Of a stretch of 64,000 nucleotides of DNA, positions 39,001 through 53,900 are shown one piece after another (within the stretch, counting starts at the first letter, position 1; each line of letters begins with the position of its first letter). The stretch spans positions 17,360,001 through 17,424,000 of the forward strand of contig OZ024740.1 in NCBI GenBank assembly GCA_964016885.1. The letters run 5' to 3'. The notes under the pieces are model-generated. The model was not told where the DNA came from. It saw only the letters and a list, made by a program, of their open reading frames with translations, and did not search any database. The DNA comes from Eledone cirrhosa (taxonomy: Eukaryota). The position numbers and the translations under genes were made by a program.

Positions 39001-42000
39001 TGTGTGTGGTCTTGAGGTAGACTTAGCTCTCTTGAGGACGCCAACACAGCATCGTGTGTTTTCTTGAGGTAGACTTAGCTCTCTTGTAGACACCAACACA
39101 CAGCATTGTGTGTGGTTTTGAGGTAGACATAGCTCTCTTGTAGACACCAACACAGCATTGTGTGTCGTCTTGCGGTAGACTTAGCTCTCTTGTAGACACC
39201 AACTCAGCATTGTCTGTGGTCTTGAGGTAGACTTAGCTCTCTTGTAGACACCAACACAGCATTGTGTCTGGTCTTGAGGTAGACATAGCTCTCTTGTAGA
39301 CACCAACACAGCATTGTGTGTGGTCTTGAGGTAGACTTAGCTCTCTTGTAGACACCAACACAGCATTGTGTGTGGTCTTGAGGTTGACTTAGCTCTCTTG
39401 TAGACACCAACACAGCATCGTGTGTGGTCTTGAGGTAGACTTAGCTCTCTTGTAGACACCAACAGAGCATTGTGTGTGGTCTTGAGATAGACTTAGCTCT
39501 CTTGTAGACACCAACACAGCATTGTGTGTGGTCTTGAGGTAGACTTAGCTCTCGTAGACACCAACACTGCATTGTGTGTGGTCTTGAGGTAGACTTAGCT
39601 CTCTTGTAGACACCACACTGCATTGTGTGTGGGCTTGAGGTAGACTTAGCTCTCTTGTAGACACCAACACAGCATTGTGTGTGGTCTTGAGATAGACTTA
39701 GCTCTCTTGTAGACACCAACACAGCATTGTGTCTAGTCTTGAGGTAGACTTAGTTCTCTTGTAGACACCAACACTGCATTGTGTGTGGTCTTGAGGTAGA
39801 CTTAGCTCTCTTGTAGACACCAACTCAGCATTGTCTGTGGTCTTGAGGTAGACTTAGCTCTCTTGTGGACACCAACACAGCATTGTGTGTGGTATTGAGG
39901 TAGACTTAGATCTCTTGTAGACACCAACACAGCATTGTGTGTGGTCTTGAGGTAGCCTTAGCTCTCTTGTAGACACCAACACTGCATTGTGTGTAGTCTT
40001 GAGGTAGACTTAGCTCTCTTGTAGACACCAACACAGCATTGTGTGTGGTCTTGAGGTAGACTTAGCTCTCTTGTAGACACCAACACAGCATTGTGTCTGG
40101 TCTTGAGGTAGACTTAGCTCTCTTGTAGACACCGACACAGCATTGTGTGTGGTCTTGAGGTAGACTTAGCTCTCTTGTAGACACCAACACAGAATTGTGT
40201 GTGGTCTTGAGGTAGACTTAGCTCTCTTGTAGACACCAACACAGCATTGTGTGTGGTCTTGAGGTAGACTTAGCTCTCTTGTAGACACCAACACAGCATT
40301 GTGTGTGGTCTTGAGGTAGACTTAGCTCTCTTGTAGACGCCAACACAGAATTGTGTGTGGTCTTGAGGTAGACTTAGCTCTCTTGTGGACACCAACACAG
40401 CATTGTGTGTGGTCTTGAGGTAGACTTAGCTCTCTTGAGGACGCCAACACAGCATCGTGTGTTTTCTTGAGGTAGACTTAGCTCTCTTGTAGACACCAAC
40501 ACAGCATTGTGTGTGGTCTTGAGGCAGACTTAGCTCTCTTGTAGACACCAACACAGCATTGTGTTTGGTCTTGAGGTAGACTTAGCTCTCTTGTAGACAC
40601 CAACACAGCATTGTGAGTGGTCTTCAGATAGACTTAGCTCTCTTGTAGACACCAACACACAGCATTGTGTGTGGTTTTGAGGTAGACATAGCTCTCTTGT
40701 AGACACCAACACAGCATTGTGTGTGGTCTTGCGGTAGACTTAGCTCTCTTGTAGACACCAACTCAGCATTGTCTGTGGTCTTGAGGTAGACTTAGCTCTC
40801 TTGTAGACACCAACACAGCATTGTGTCAGGTCTTGAGGTAGACATAGCTCTCTTGTAGACACCAACACAGCATTGTGTGTGGTCTTGAGGTAGACTTAGC
40901 TCTCTTGTAGACACCAACACAGCATTGTGTGTGGTCTTGAGGTAGACATAGCTCTCTTGTAGACACCAACACAGCATTGTGTGTGGTCTTGAGGTAGACT
41001 TAGCTCTCTTGTAGACACCAACACAGCATTGTGTGTGGTCTTGAGGTAGACATAGCTCTCTTGTAGACACCAACACAGCATCGTGTGTGGTCTTGAGGTA
41101 GACTTAGCTCTCTTGTAGACACCAACAGAGCATTGTGTGTGGTCTTGAGATAGACTTAGCTCTCTTGTAGACACCAACACAGCATTGTGTGTGGTCTTGA
41201 GGTAGCCTTAGCTCTCTTGTAGACACCAACACAGCACTGTGTGTGGTCTTGAGGTAGACATAGCTCTCTTGTAGACACCAACACAGCATTGTGTCTGGTC
41301 TTGAGGTAGACATAGCTCTCTTGTAGACACCAACACAGCATTGTTTGTGGTCTTGATGTAGACTGAGCTCTCTTGTAGACGCCAACACAGCATTGTGTGT
41401 GGTCTTGAGGTAGACTTAGCTCTCTTGTAGACGCCAACACAGAATTGTGTGTGGTCTTGAGGTAGACTTAGCTCTCTTGTGGACACCAACACAGCATTGT
41501 GTGTGGTCTTGAGGTAGACTTAGCTCTCTTGAGGACGCCAACACAGCATCGTGTGTTTTCTTGAGGTAGACTTAGCTCTCTTGTAGACACCAACACAGCA
41601 TTGTGTGTGGTCTTGAGGCAGACTTAGCTCTCTTGTAGACACCAACACAGCATTGTGTGTGGTCTTGAGGTAGACTTAGCTCTCTTGTAGACACCAACAC
41701 AGCATTGTGAGTGGTCTTCAGGTAGACTTAGCTCTCTTGTAGACACCAACACACAGCATTGTGTGTGGTTTTGAGGTAGACATAGCTCTCTTGTAGACAC
41801 CAACACAGCATTGTGTGTCGTCTTGCGGTAGACTTAGCTCTCTTGTAGACACCAACACAGCATTGTGTGTGGTCTTAAGGTAGCCTTAGCTCTCGTAGAC
41901 ACCAACACTGCATTGTGTGTGGTCTTGAGGTAGACTTAGCTCTCTTGTAGACACCACACTGCATTGTGTGTGGGCTTGAGGTAGACTTAGCTCTCTTGTA

Positions 42001-45000
42001 GACACCAACACAGCATTGTGTGTGGTCTTGAGATAGACTTAGCTCTCTTGTAGACACCAACACAGCATTGTGTCTAGTCTTGAGGTAGACTTAGTTCTCT
42101 TGTAGACACCAACACTGCATTGTGTGTGGTCTTGAGGTAGACTTAGCTCTCTTGTAGACACCAACTCAGCATTGTCTGTGGTCTTGAGGTAGACTTAGCT
42201 CTCTTGTGGACACCAACACAGCATTGTGTGTGGTATTGAGGTAGACTTAGATCTCTTGTAGACACCAACACAACATTGTGTCTGGTTTTGAGGTAGACTT
42301 AGCTCTCTTGTAGACACCAACACAGCATTGTGTGTGGTCTTGAGGTAGACTTAGCTCTCTTGTAGACACCATCACAGCATTGTGTGTGGTCTTGAGGACA
42401 CCAACACAGCATTGTGTCTGGTTTTGAGGTAGACTTAGCTCTCTTGTAGACACCAACACAGCATTGTGTGTGGTCTTGAGGTAGACTTAGCTCTCTTGTA
42501 GACACCAACACAGCATTGTGTGTGGTCTTGAGGTAGACTTAGCTCTCTTGTAGACACCAACACAGCATTGTGTGTGGTCTTGAAGTAGACTTAGCTCTCT
42601 TGAGGACACCAACACAGCATTGTGTGTGGTCTTGAGGTAGACTTAGCTCTCTTGAGGACACCAACACAGCATTGTGTCTGGTTTTGAGGTAGACTTAGCT
42701 CTCTTGTAGACACCAACACAGCATTGTGTGAGGTCTTGTGGTAGACATAGCTGTCTTGTAGACACCAACACAGCATTGTGTGTGGTCTTAAGGTAGACTT
42801 AGCTCTCTTGTAGACACCAACACAGCATTGTGTCTGGTCTTGAGGTAGACTTATCTCTCTTGTAGACACCAACACAGCACTGTGTGTGGTCTTGAGGTAG
42901 ACATAGCTCTCTTGTAGACACCAACACAGCATTGTGTCTGGTCTTGAGGTAGACATAGCTCTCTTGTAGACACCAACACAGCATTGTTTGTGGTCTTGAG
43001 GTAGACTTAGCTCTCTTGTGGACACCAACACAGCATTGTGTGTGGTCTTGAGGTAGACTTAGCTCTCTTGTAGACACCAACACAGCATTGTGTGTGGTCT
43101 TGAGGCAGACTTAGCTCTCTTGTAGACACCAACACAGCATTGTGTGTGGTCTTGAGGTAGACTTAGCTCTCTTGTAGACACCAACACAGCATTGTGTGTG
43201 GTCTTGCGGTAGACTTAGCTCTCTTGTAGACACCAACACAGCATTGTGTCTGGTCTTGAGGTAGACATAGCTCTCTTGTAGACACCAACACAGCATTGTG
43301 TGTGGTCTTGAGGTAGACTTAGCTCTCTTGTAGACACCAACACAGCATTGTGTGTGGTCTTTAGGTTGACTTAGCTCTCTTGTAGACACCAACACAGCAT
43401 CGTGTGTGGTCTTGAGGTAGACATAGCTCTCTTGTAGACACCAACACAGCATTGTGTGTGGTCTTGAGATAAACTTAGCTCTCTTGTAGACACCAACACA
43501 GCATTGTGTGTGGTCTTGAGGTAGCCTTAGCTCTATTGTAGACACCAACACTGCATTGTGTGTGGTCTTCAGGTAGACTTAGCTCTCTTGTAGACACCAA
43601 CACAGCATTGTGTGTGGTCTTGAAGTAGACTTAGCTCTCTTGAGGACACCAACACAGCATTGTGTGTGGTCTTGAGGTAGACTTAGCTCTCTTGAGGACA
43701 CCAACACAGCATTGTGTCTGGTTTTGAGGTAGACTTAGCTCTCTTGTAGACACCAACACAGCATTGTGTGTGGTCTTGTGGTAGACATAGCTGTCTTGTA
43801 GACACCAACACAGCATTGTGTGTGGTCTTAAGGTAGACTTAGCTCTCTTGTAGACACCAACACAGCATTGTGTCTGGTCTTGAGGTAGACATAGCTCTCT
43901 TGTAGACACCAACACAGCATTGTTTGTGGTCTTGATGTAGACTGAGCTCTCTTGTAGACGCCAACACAGCATTGTGTGTGGTCTTGAGGTAGACTTAGCT
44001 CTCTTGTAGACGCCAACACAGAATTGTGTGTGGTCTTGAGGTAGACTTAGCTCTCTTGTGGACACCAACACAGCATTGTGTGTGGTCTTGAGGTAGACTT
44101 AGCTCTCTTGAGGACGCCAACACAGCATCGTGTGTTTTCTTGAGGTAGACTTAGCTCTCTTGTAGACACCAACACACAGCATTGTGTGTGGTTTTGAGGT
44201 AGACATAGCTCTCTTGTAGACACCAACACAGCATTGTGTGTCGTCTTGCGGTAGACTTAGCTCTCTTGTAGACACCAACTCAGCATTGTCTGTGGTCTTG
44301 AGGTAGACTTAGCTCTCTTGTAGACACCAACACAGCATTGTGTCTGGTCTTGAGGTAGACATAGCTCTCTTGTAGACACCAACACAGCATTGTGTGTGGT
44401 CTTGAGGTAGACTTAGCTCTCTTGTAGACACCAACACAGCATTGTGTGTGGTCTTGAGGTTGACTTAGCTCTCTTGTAGACACCAACACAGCATCGTGTG
44501 TGGTCTTGAGGTAGACTTAGCTCTCTTGTAGACACCAACAGAGCATTGTGTGTGGTCTTGAGATAGACTTAGCTCTCTTGTAGACACCAACACAGCATTG
44601 TGTGTGGTCTTGAGGTAGACTTAGCTCTCGTAGACACCAACACTGCATTGTGTGTGGTCTTGAGGTAGACTTAGCTCTCTTGTAGACACCACACTGCATT
44701 GTGTGTGGGCTTGAGGTAGACTTAGCTCTCTTGTAGACACCAACACAGCATTGTGTGTGGTCTTGAGATAGACTTAGCTCTCTTGTAGACACCAACACAG
44801 CATTGTGTCTAGTCTTGAGGTAGACTTAGTTCTCTTGTAGACACCAACACTGCATTGTGTGTGGTCTTGAGGTAGACTTAGCTCTCTTGTAGACACCAAC
44901 TCAGCATTGTCTGTGGTCTTGAGGTAGACTTAGCTCTCTTGTGGACACCAACACAGCATTGTGTGTGGTATTGAGGTAGACTTAGATCTCTTGTAGACAC

Positions 45001-46350
45001 CAACACAGCATTGTGTGTGGTCTTGAGGTAGCCTTAGCTCTCTTGTAGACACCAACACTGCATTGTGTGTAGTCTTGAGGTAGACTTAGCTCTCTTGTAG
45101 ACACCAACACAGCATTGTGTGTGGTCTTGAGGTAGACATAGCTCTCTTGTAGACACCAACACAGCATTGTGTGTGGTCTTGAGGTAGACATAGCTCTCTT
45201 GTAGACACCAACACAGCATTGTGTCTGGTCTTGAGGTAGACTTAGCTCTCTTGTAGACACCGACACAGCATTGTGTGTGGTCTTGAGGTAGACTTAGCTC
45301 TCTTGTAGACACCAACACAGAATTGTGTGTGGTCTTGAGGTAGACTTAGCTCTCTTGTAGACACCAACACAGCATTGTGTGTGGTCTTGAGGTAGACTTA
45401 GCTCTCTTGTAGACACCAACACAGCATTGTGTGTGGTCTTGAGGTAGACTTAGCTCTCTTGTAGACGCCAACACAGAATTGTGTGTGGTCTTGAGGTAGA
45501 CTTAGCTCTCTTGTGGACACCAACACAGCATTGTGTGTGGTCTTGAGGTAGACTTAGCTCTCTTGAGGACGCCAACACAGCATCGTGTGTTTTCTTGAGG
45601 TAGACTTAGCTCTCTTGTAGACACCAACACAGCATTGTGTGTGGTCTTGAGGCAGACTTAGCTCTCTTGTAGACACCAACACAGCATTGTGTTTGGTCTT
45701 GAGGTAGACTTAGCTCTCTTGTAGACACCAACACAGCATTGTGAGTGGTCTTCAGATAGACTTAGCTCTCTTGTAGACACCAACACACAGCATTGTGTGT
45801 GGTTTTGAGGTAGACATAGCTCTCTTGTAGACACCAACACAGCATTGTGTGTGGTCTTGCGGTAGACTTAGCTCTCTTGTAGACACCAACTCAGCATTGT
45901 CTGTGGTCTTGAGGTAGACTTAGCTCTCTTGTAGACACCAACACAGCATTGTGTCAGGTCTTGAGGTAGACATAGCTCTCTTGTAGACACCAACACAGCA
46001 TTGTGTGTGGTCTTGAGGTAGACTTAGCTCTCTTGTAGACACCAACACAGCATTGTGTGTGGTCTTGAGGTAGACATAGCTCTCTTGTAGACACCAACAC
46101 AGCATTGTGTGTGGTCTTGAGGTAGACTTAGCTCTCTTGTAGACACCAACACAGCATTGTGTGTGGTCTTGAGGTAGACATAGCTCTCTTGTAGACACCA
46201 ACACAGCATCGTGTGTGGTCTTGAGGTAGACTTAGCTCTCTTGTAGACACCAACAGAGCATTGTGTGTGGTCTTGAGATAGACTTAGCTCTCTTGTAGAC
46301 ACCAACACAGCATTGTGTGTGGTCTTGAGGTAGCCTTAGCTCTCTTGTAG
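36090..46350 (+). repeat. Tandem higher-order duplication of about 5,128 bp (about 36,090-41,220 matches about 41,220-46,350)
   Basis: ORF pairs 36080/41208, 36496/41624, 37119/42247, 37983/43111, 40530/45658, 40792/45920 (5,128). The offset drops to 5,076 for 38971/44047 to 39441/44517 (one monomer lost, one gained later). Confidence 0.9.
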
Positions 46351-47569
46351 ACACCAACACAGCATTGTTTGTGGTCTTGATGTAGACTGAGCTCTCTTGT
46401 AGACGCCAACACAGCATTGTGTGTGGTCTTGCGGTAGACTTAGCTCTCTTGTAGACACCAACAGAGCATTGTGTGTGGTCTTCAGATAGACTTAGCTCTC
46501 TTGTAGACACCAACACAGCATTGTGTGTGGTCTTGAGGTAGCCTTAGCTCTCTTGTAGACACCAACAGAGCATTGTGTGTGGTCTTGAGATAGACTTAGC
46601 TCTCTTGTAGACACCAACACAGCATTGTTTGTGGTCTTGATGTAGACTGAGCTCTCTTGTAGACGCCAACACAGCATTGTGTGTGGTCTTGAGGTAGACT
46701 TAGCTCTCTTGTAGACGCCAACACAGAATTGTGTGTGGTCTTGAGGTAGACTTAGCTCTCTTGTGGACGCCAACACAGCATCGTGTGTTTTCTTGAGGTA
46801 GACTTAGCTGTCTTGTAGACACCAACACAGCATTGTGTGTGGTCTTGAGGCAGACTTAGCTCTCTTGTAGACACCAACACAGCATTGTGTGTGGTCTTGA
46901 GGTAGACTTAGCTCTCTTGTAGACACCAACACAGCATTGTGAGTGGTCTTCAGGTAGACTTAGCTCTCTTGTAGACACCAACACACAGCATTGTGTGTGG
47001 TTTTGAGGTAGACATAGCTCTCTTGTAGACACCAACACAGCATTGTGTGTCGTCTTGCGGTAGACTTAGCTCTCTTGTAGACACCAACTCAGCATTGTCT
47101 GTGGTCTTGAGGTAGACTTAGCTCTCTTGTAGACACCAACACAGCATTGTGTCTGGTCTTGAGGTAGACATAGCTCTCTTGTAGACACCAACACAGCATT
47201 GTGTGTGGTCTTGAGGTAGACTTAGCTCTCTTGTAGACACCAACACAGCATTGTGTGTGGTCTTGAGGTTGACTTAGCTCTCTTGTAGACACCAACACAG
47301 CATCGTGTGTGGTCTTGAGGTAGACTTAGCTCTCTTGTAGACACCAACAGAGCATTGTGTGTGGTCTTGAGATAGACTTAGCTCTCTTGTAGACACCAAC
47401 ACAGCATTGTGTGTGGTCTTGAGGTAGCCTTAGCTCTCGTAGACACCAACACTGCATTGTGTGTGGTCTTGAGGTAGACTTAGCTCTCTTGTAGACACCA
47501 ACACAGCATTGTGTGTGGTCTTCAGGTAGACTTAGCTCTCTTGTAGACACCAACACAGCATTGTGTGTG

Positions 47570-47815
47570 GTCTTGAGGTAGCCTTAGCCCTCTTGTAGAC
47601 ACCAACACTACATTGTGTGTGGTCTTGAGGTAGACTTAGCTCTGTTGTAGACACCAACACACCATTGTTTGTGGTCTTGAGGCAGACTTAGCTCTCTTGT
47701 AGACACCAACACTGCATTGTGTGTGGTCTTGAGGTAGACATAGCTCTCTTGAGGACACCAACACAGCATTGTGTGTGGTCTTGGGGTAGCCTTAGCTATC
47801 TTGTAGACACCAACA
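47570..47815 (+). repeat. Island of about 5 more diverged monomers (copy 1)
   Basis: Carries variants seen only here and in copy 2: TTAGCCCTC, CAACACTACATT, TCTGTTGTAG, CACACCATTGTTT, TTGGGGTAGCCTTAGCTATC. Confidence 0.9.
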
Positions 47816-48109
47816 CAGCATTGTGTGTCGTCTTGCGGTAGACTTAGCTCTCTTGTAGACACCAACTCAGCATTGTCTGTGGTCTTAAGGTAGACTTAGC
47901 TCTCTTGTAGACACCAACACAGCATTGTGTCTGGTCTTGAGGTAGACTTATCTCTCTTGTAGACACCAACACAGCACTGTGTGTGGTCTTGAGGTAGACA
48001 TAGCTCTCTTGTAGACACCAACACAGCATTGTGTCTGGTCTTGAGGTAGACATAGCTCTCTTGTAGACACCAACACAGCATTGTTTGTGGTCTTGAGGTA
48101 GACTTAGCT

Positions 48110-50640
48110 CTCTTGTGGACACCAACACAGCATTGTGTGTGGTCTTGAGGTAGACTTAGCTCTCTTGTAGACACCAACACAGCATTGTGTGTGGTCTTGA
48201 GGCAGACTTAGCTCTCTTGTAGACACCAACACAGCATTGTGTGTGGTCTTGAGGTAGACTTAGCTCTCTTGTAGACACCAACACAGCATTGTGAGTGGTC
48301 TTCAGGTAGACTTAGCTCTCTTGTAGACAACAACACACAGCATTGTGTGTGGTCTTGAGGTAGACATAGCTCTCTTGTAGACACCAACACAGCATTGTGT
48401 GTGGTCTTGCGGTAGACTTAGCTCTCTTGTAGACACCAACACAGCATTGTGTCTGGTCTTGAGGTAGACATAGCTCTCTTGTAGACTCCAACACAGCATT
48501 GTGTGTGGTCTTGAGGTAGACTTAGCTCTCTTGTAGACACCAACACAGCATTGTGTGTGGTCTTTAGGTTGACTTAGCTCTCTTGTAGACACCAACACAG
48601 CATCGTGTGTGGTCTTGAGGTAGACTTAGCTCTCTTGTAGACACCAACAGAGCATTGTGTCTGGTCTTGAGGTAGACATAGCTCTCTTGTAGACACCAAC
48701 ACAGCATTGTGTGTGGTCTTGAGATAAACTTAGCTCTCTTGTAGACACCAACACAGCATTGTGTGTGGTCTTGAGGTAGCCTTAGCTCTATTGTAGACAC
48801 CAACACTGCATTGTGTGTGGTCTTCAGGTAGACTTAGCTCTCTTGTAGACACCAACACAGCATTGTGTGTGGTCTTGAAGTAGACTTAGCTCTCTTGAGG
48901 ACACCAACACAGCATTGTGTGTGGTCTTGAGGTAGACTTAGCTCTCTTGAGGACACCAACACAGCATTGTGTCTGGTTTTGAGGTAGACTTAGCTCTCTT
49001 GTAGACACCAACACAGCATTGTGTGTGGTCTTGTGGTAGACATAGCTGTCTTGTAGACACCAACACAGCATTGTGTGTGGTCTTAAGGTAGACTTAGCTC
49101 TCTTGTAGACACCAACACAGCACTGTGTGTGGTCTTGAGGTAGACATAGCTCTCTTGTAGACACCAACACAGCATTGTGTCTGGTCTTGAGGTAGACATA
49201 GCTCTCTTGTAGACACCAACACAGCATTGTTTGTGGTCTTGATGTAGACTGAGCTCTCTTGTAGACGCCAACACAGCATTGTGTGTGGTCTTGAGGTAGA
49301 CTTAGCTCTCTTGTAGACGCCAACACAGAATTGTGTGTGGTCTTGAGGTAGACTTAGCTCTCTTGTGGACACCAACACAGCATTGTGTGTGGTCTTGAGG
49401 TAGACTTAGCTCTCTTGTAGACACCAACACAGCATTGTGTGTGGTCTTGAGGCAGACTTAGCTCTCTTGTAGACACCAACACAGCATTGTGTGTGGTCTT
49501 GAGGTAGACTTAGCTCTCTTGTAGACACCAACACAGCATTGTGAGTGGTCTTCAGGTAGACTTAGCTCTCTTGTAGACAACAACACACAGCATTGTGTGT
49601 GGTCTTGAGGTAGACATAGCTCTCTTGTAGACACCAACACAGCATTGTGTGTGGTCTTGCGGTAGACTTAGCTCTCTTGTAGACACCAACACAGCATTGT
49701 GTCTGGTCTTGAGGTAGACATAGCTCTCTTGTAGACTCCAACACAGCATTGTGTGTGGTCTTGAGGTAGACTTAGCTCTCTTGTAGACACCAACACAGCA
49801 TTGTGTGTGGTCTTTAGGTTGACTTAGCTCTCTTGTAGACACCAACACAGCATCGTGTGTGGTCTTGAGGTAGACTTAGCTCTCTTGTAGACACCAACAG
49901 AGCATTGTGTCTGGTCTTGAGGTAGACATAGCTCTCTTGTAGACACCAACACAGCATTGTGTGTGGTCTTGAGATAAACTTAGCTCTCTTGTAGACACCA
50001 ACACAGCATTGTGTGTGGTCTTGAGGTAGCCTTAGCTCTATTGTAGACACCAACACTGCATTGTGTGTGGTCTTCAGGTAGACTTAGCTCTCTTGTAGAC
50101 ACCAACACAGCATTGTGTGTGGTCTTGAAGTAGACTTAGCTCTCTTGAGGACACCAACACAGCATTGTGTGTGGTCTTGAGGTAGACTTAGCTCTCTTGA
50201 GGACACCAACACAGCATTGTGTCTGGTTTTGAGGTAGACTTAGCTCTCTTGTAGACACCAACACAGCATTGTGTGTGGTCTTGTGGTAGACATAGCTGTC
50301 TTGTAGACACCAACACAGCATTGTGTGTGGTCTTAAGGTAGACTTAGCTCTCTTGTAGACACCAACACAGCACTGTGTGTGGTCTTGAGGTAGACATAGC
50401 TCTCTTGTAGACACCAACACAGCATTGTGTCTGGTCTTGAGGTAGACATAGCTCTCTTGTAGACACCAACACAGCATTGTTTGTGGTCTTGATGTAGACT
50501 GAGCTCTCTTGTAGACGCCAACACAGCATTGTGTGTGGTCTTGAGGTAGACTTAGCTCTCTTGTAGACGCCAACACAGAATTGTGTGTGGTCTTGAGGTA
50601 GACTTAGCTCTCTTGTGGACACCAACACAGCATTGTGTGT
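48110..50640 (+). repeat. Tandem duplication of 1,250 bp (24 monomers + 2 bp)
   Basis: ORF pairs 48208/49458, 48302/49552, 48564/49814, 48886/50136, 49094/50344 are all offset 1,250. Confidence 0.9.
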
Positions 50641-50959
50641 GGTCTTGAGGTAGACTTAGCTCTCTTGTAGACACCAACACAGCATTGTGTGTGGTCTTGA
50701 GGTAGACTTAGCTCTCTTGTAGACACCAACACAGCACTGTGTGTGGTCTTGAGGTAGACATAGCTCTCTTGTAGACACCAACACAGCATTGTTTGTGGTC
50801 TTGATGTAGACTGAGCTCTCTTGTAGACGCCAACACAGCATTGTGTGTGGTCTTGAGGTAGACTTAGCTCTCTTGTAGACGCCAACACAGAATTGTGTGT
50901 GGTCTTGAGGTAGACTTAGCTCTCTTGTGGACACCAACACAGCATTGTGTGTGGTCTTG

Positions 50960-53900
50960 AGGTAGCCTTAGCTCTATTGTAGACACCAACACTGCATTGT
51001 GTGTGGTCTTCAGGTAGACTTAGCTCTCTTGTAGACACCAACACAGCATTGTGTGTGGTCTTGAAGTAGACTTAGCTCTCTTGAGGACACCAACACAGCA
51101 TTGTGTGTGGTCTTGAGGTAGACTTAGCTCTCTTGAGGACACCAACACAGCATTGTGTCTGGTTTTGAGGTAGACTTAGCTCTCTTGTAGACACCAACAC
51201 AGCATTGTGTGTGGTCTTGTGGTAGACATAGCTGTCTTGTAGACACCAACACAGCATTGTGTGTGGTCTTAAGGTAGACTTAGCTCTCTTGTAGACACCA
51301 ACACAGCACTGTGTGTGGTCTTGAGGTAGACATAGCTCTCTTGTAGACACCAACACAGCATTGTGTCTGGTCTTGAGGTAGACATAGCTCTCTTGTAGAC
51401 ACCAACACAGCATTGTTTGTGGTCTTGATGTAGACTGAGCTCTCTTGTAGACGCCAACACAGCATTGTGTGTGGTCTTGAGGTAGACTTAGCTCTCTTGT
51501 AGACGCCAACACAGAATTGTGTGTGGTCTTGAGGTAGACTTAGCTCTCTTGTGGACACCAACACAGCATTGTGTGTGGTCTTGAGGTAGACTTAGCTCTC
51601 TTGTAGACACCAACACAGCATTGTGTGTGGTCTTGAGGTAGACTTAGCTCTCTTGTAGACACCAACACAGCACTGTGTGTGGTCTTGAGGTAGACATAGC
51701 TCTCTTGTAGACACCAACACAGCATTGTGTCTGGTCTTGAGGTAGACATAGCTCTCTTGTAGACACCAACACAGCATTGTTTGTGGTCTTGATGTAGACT
51801 GAGCTCTCTTGTAGACGCCAACACAGCATTGTGTGTGGTCTTGAGGTAGACTTAGCTCTCTTGTAGACGCCAACACAGAATTGTGTGTGGTCTTGAGGTA
51901 GACTTAGCTCTCTTGTGGACACCAACACAGCATTGTGTGTGGTCTTGAGGTAGACTTAGCTCTCTTGAGGATGCCAACACAGCATCGTGTGTTTTCTTGA
52001 GGTAGACTTAGCTCTCTTGTAGACACCAACACAGCATTGTGTGTGGTCTTGAGGCAGACTTAGCTCTCTTGTAGACACCAACACAGCATTGTGTGTGGTC
52101 TTGAGGTAGACTTAGCTCTCTTGTAGACACCAACACAGCATTGTGAGTGGTCTTCAGGTAGACTTAGCTCTCTTGTAGACACCAACACACAGCATTGTGT
52201 GTGGTTTTGAGGTAGACATAGCTCTCTTGTAGACACCAACACAGCATTGTGTGTCGTCTTGCGGTAGACTTAGCTCTCTTGTAGACACCAACACAGCATT
52301 GTGTGTGGTCTTAAGGTAGCCTTAGCTCTCGTAGACACCAACACTGCATTGTGTGTGGTCTTGAGGTAGACTTAGCTCTCTTGTAGACACCACACTGCAT
52401 TGTGTGTGGGCTTGAGGTAGACTTAGCTCTCTTGTAGACACCAACACAGCATTGTGTGTGGTCTTGAGATAGACTTAGCTCTCTTGTAGACACCAACACA
52501 GCATTGTGTCTAGTCTTGAGGTAGACTTAGTTCTCTTGTAGACACCAACACTGCATTGTGTGTGGTCTTGAGGTAGACTTAGCTCTCTTGTAGACACCAA
52601 CTCAGCATTGTCTGTGGTCTTGAGGTAGACTTAGCTCTCTTGTGGACACCAACACAGCATTGTGTGTGGTATTGAGGTAGACTTAGATCTCTTGTAGACA
52701 CCAACACAACATTGTGTCTGGTTTTGAGGTAGACTTAGCTCTCTTGTAGACACCAACACAGCATTGTGTGTGGTCTTGAGGTAGACTTAGCTCTCTTGTA
52801 GACACCATCACAGCATTGTGTGTGGTCTTGAGGACACCAACACAGCATTGTGTCTGGTTTTGAGGTAGACTTAGCTCTCTTGTAGACACCAACACAGCAT
52901 TGTGTGTGGTCTTGAGGTAGACTTAGCTCTCTTGTAGACACCAACACAGCATTGTGTGTGGTCTTGAGGTAGACTTAGCTCTCTTGTAGACACCAACACA
53001 GCATCGTGTGTGGTCTTGAGGTAGACTTAGCTCTCTTGTAGACACCAACAGAGCATTGTGTCTGGTCTTGAGGTAGACATAGCTCTCTTGTAGACACCAA
53101 CACAGCATTGTGTGTGGTCTTGAGATAAACTTAGCTCTCTTGTAGACACCAACACAGCATTGTGTGTGGTCTTGAGGTAGCCTTAGCTCTATTGTAGACA
53201 CCAACACTGCATTGTGTGTGGTCTTCAGGTAGACTTAGCTCTCTTGTAGACACCAACACAGCATTGTGTGTGGTCTTGAAGTAGACTTAGCTCTCTTGAG
53301 GACACCAACACAGCATTGTGTGTGGTCTTGAGGTAGACTTAGCTCTCTTGAGGACACCAACACAGCATTGTGTCTGGTTTTGAGGTAGACTTAGCTCTCT
53401 TGTAGACACCAACACAGCATTGTGTGTGGTCTTGTGGTAGACATAGCTGTCTTGTAGACACCAACACAGCATTGTGTGTGGTCTTAAGGTAGACTTAGCT
53501 CTCTTGTAGACACCAACACAGCACTGTGTGTGGTCTTGAGGTAGACATAGCTCTCTTGTAGACACCAACACAGCATTGTGTCTGGTCTTGAGGTAGACAT
53601 AGCTCTCTTGTAGACACCAACACAGCATTGTTTGTGGTCTTGATGTAGACTGAGCTCTCTTGTAGACGCCAACACAGCATTGTGTGTGGTCTTGAGGTAG
53701 ACTTAGCTCTCTTGTAGACGCCAACACAGAATTGTGTGTGGTCTTGAGGTAGACTTAGCTCTCTTGTGGACACCAACACAGCATTGTGTGTGGTCTTGAG
53801 GTAGACTTAGCTCTCTTGTAGACACCAACACAGCATTGTGTGTGGTCTTGAGGTAGACTTAGCTCTCTTGTAGACACCAACACAGCACTGTGTGTGGTCT

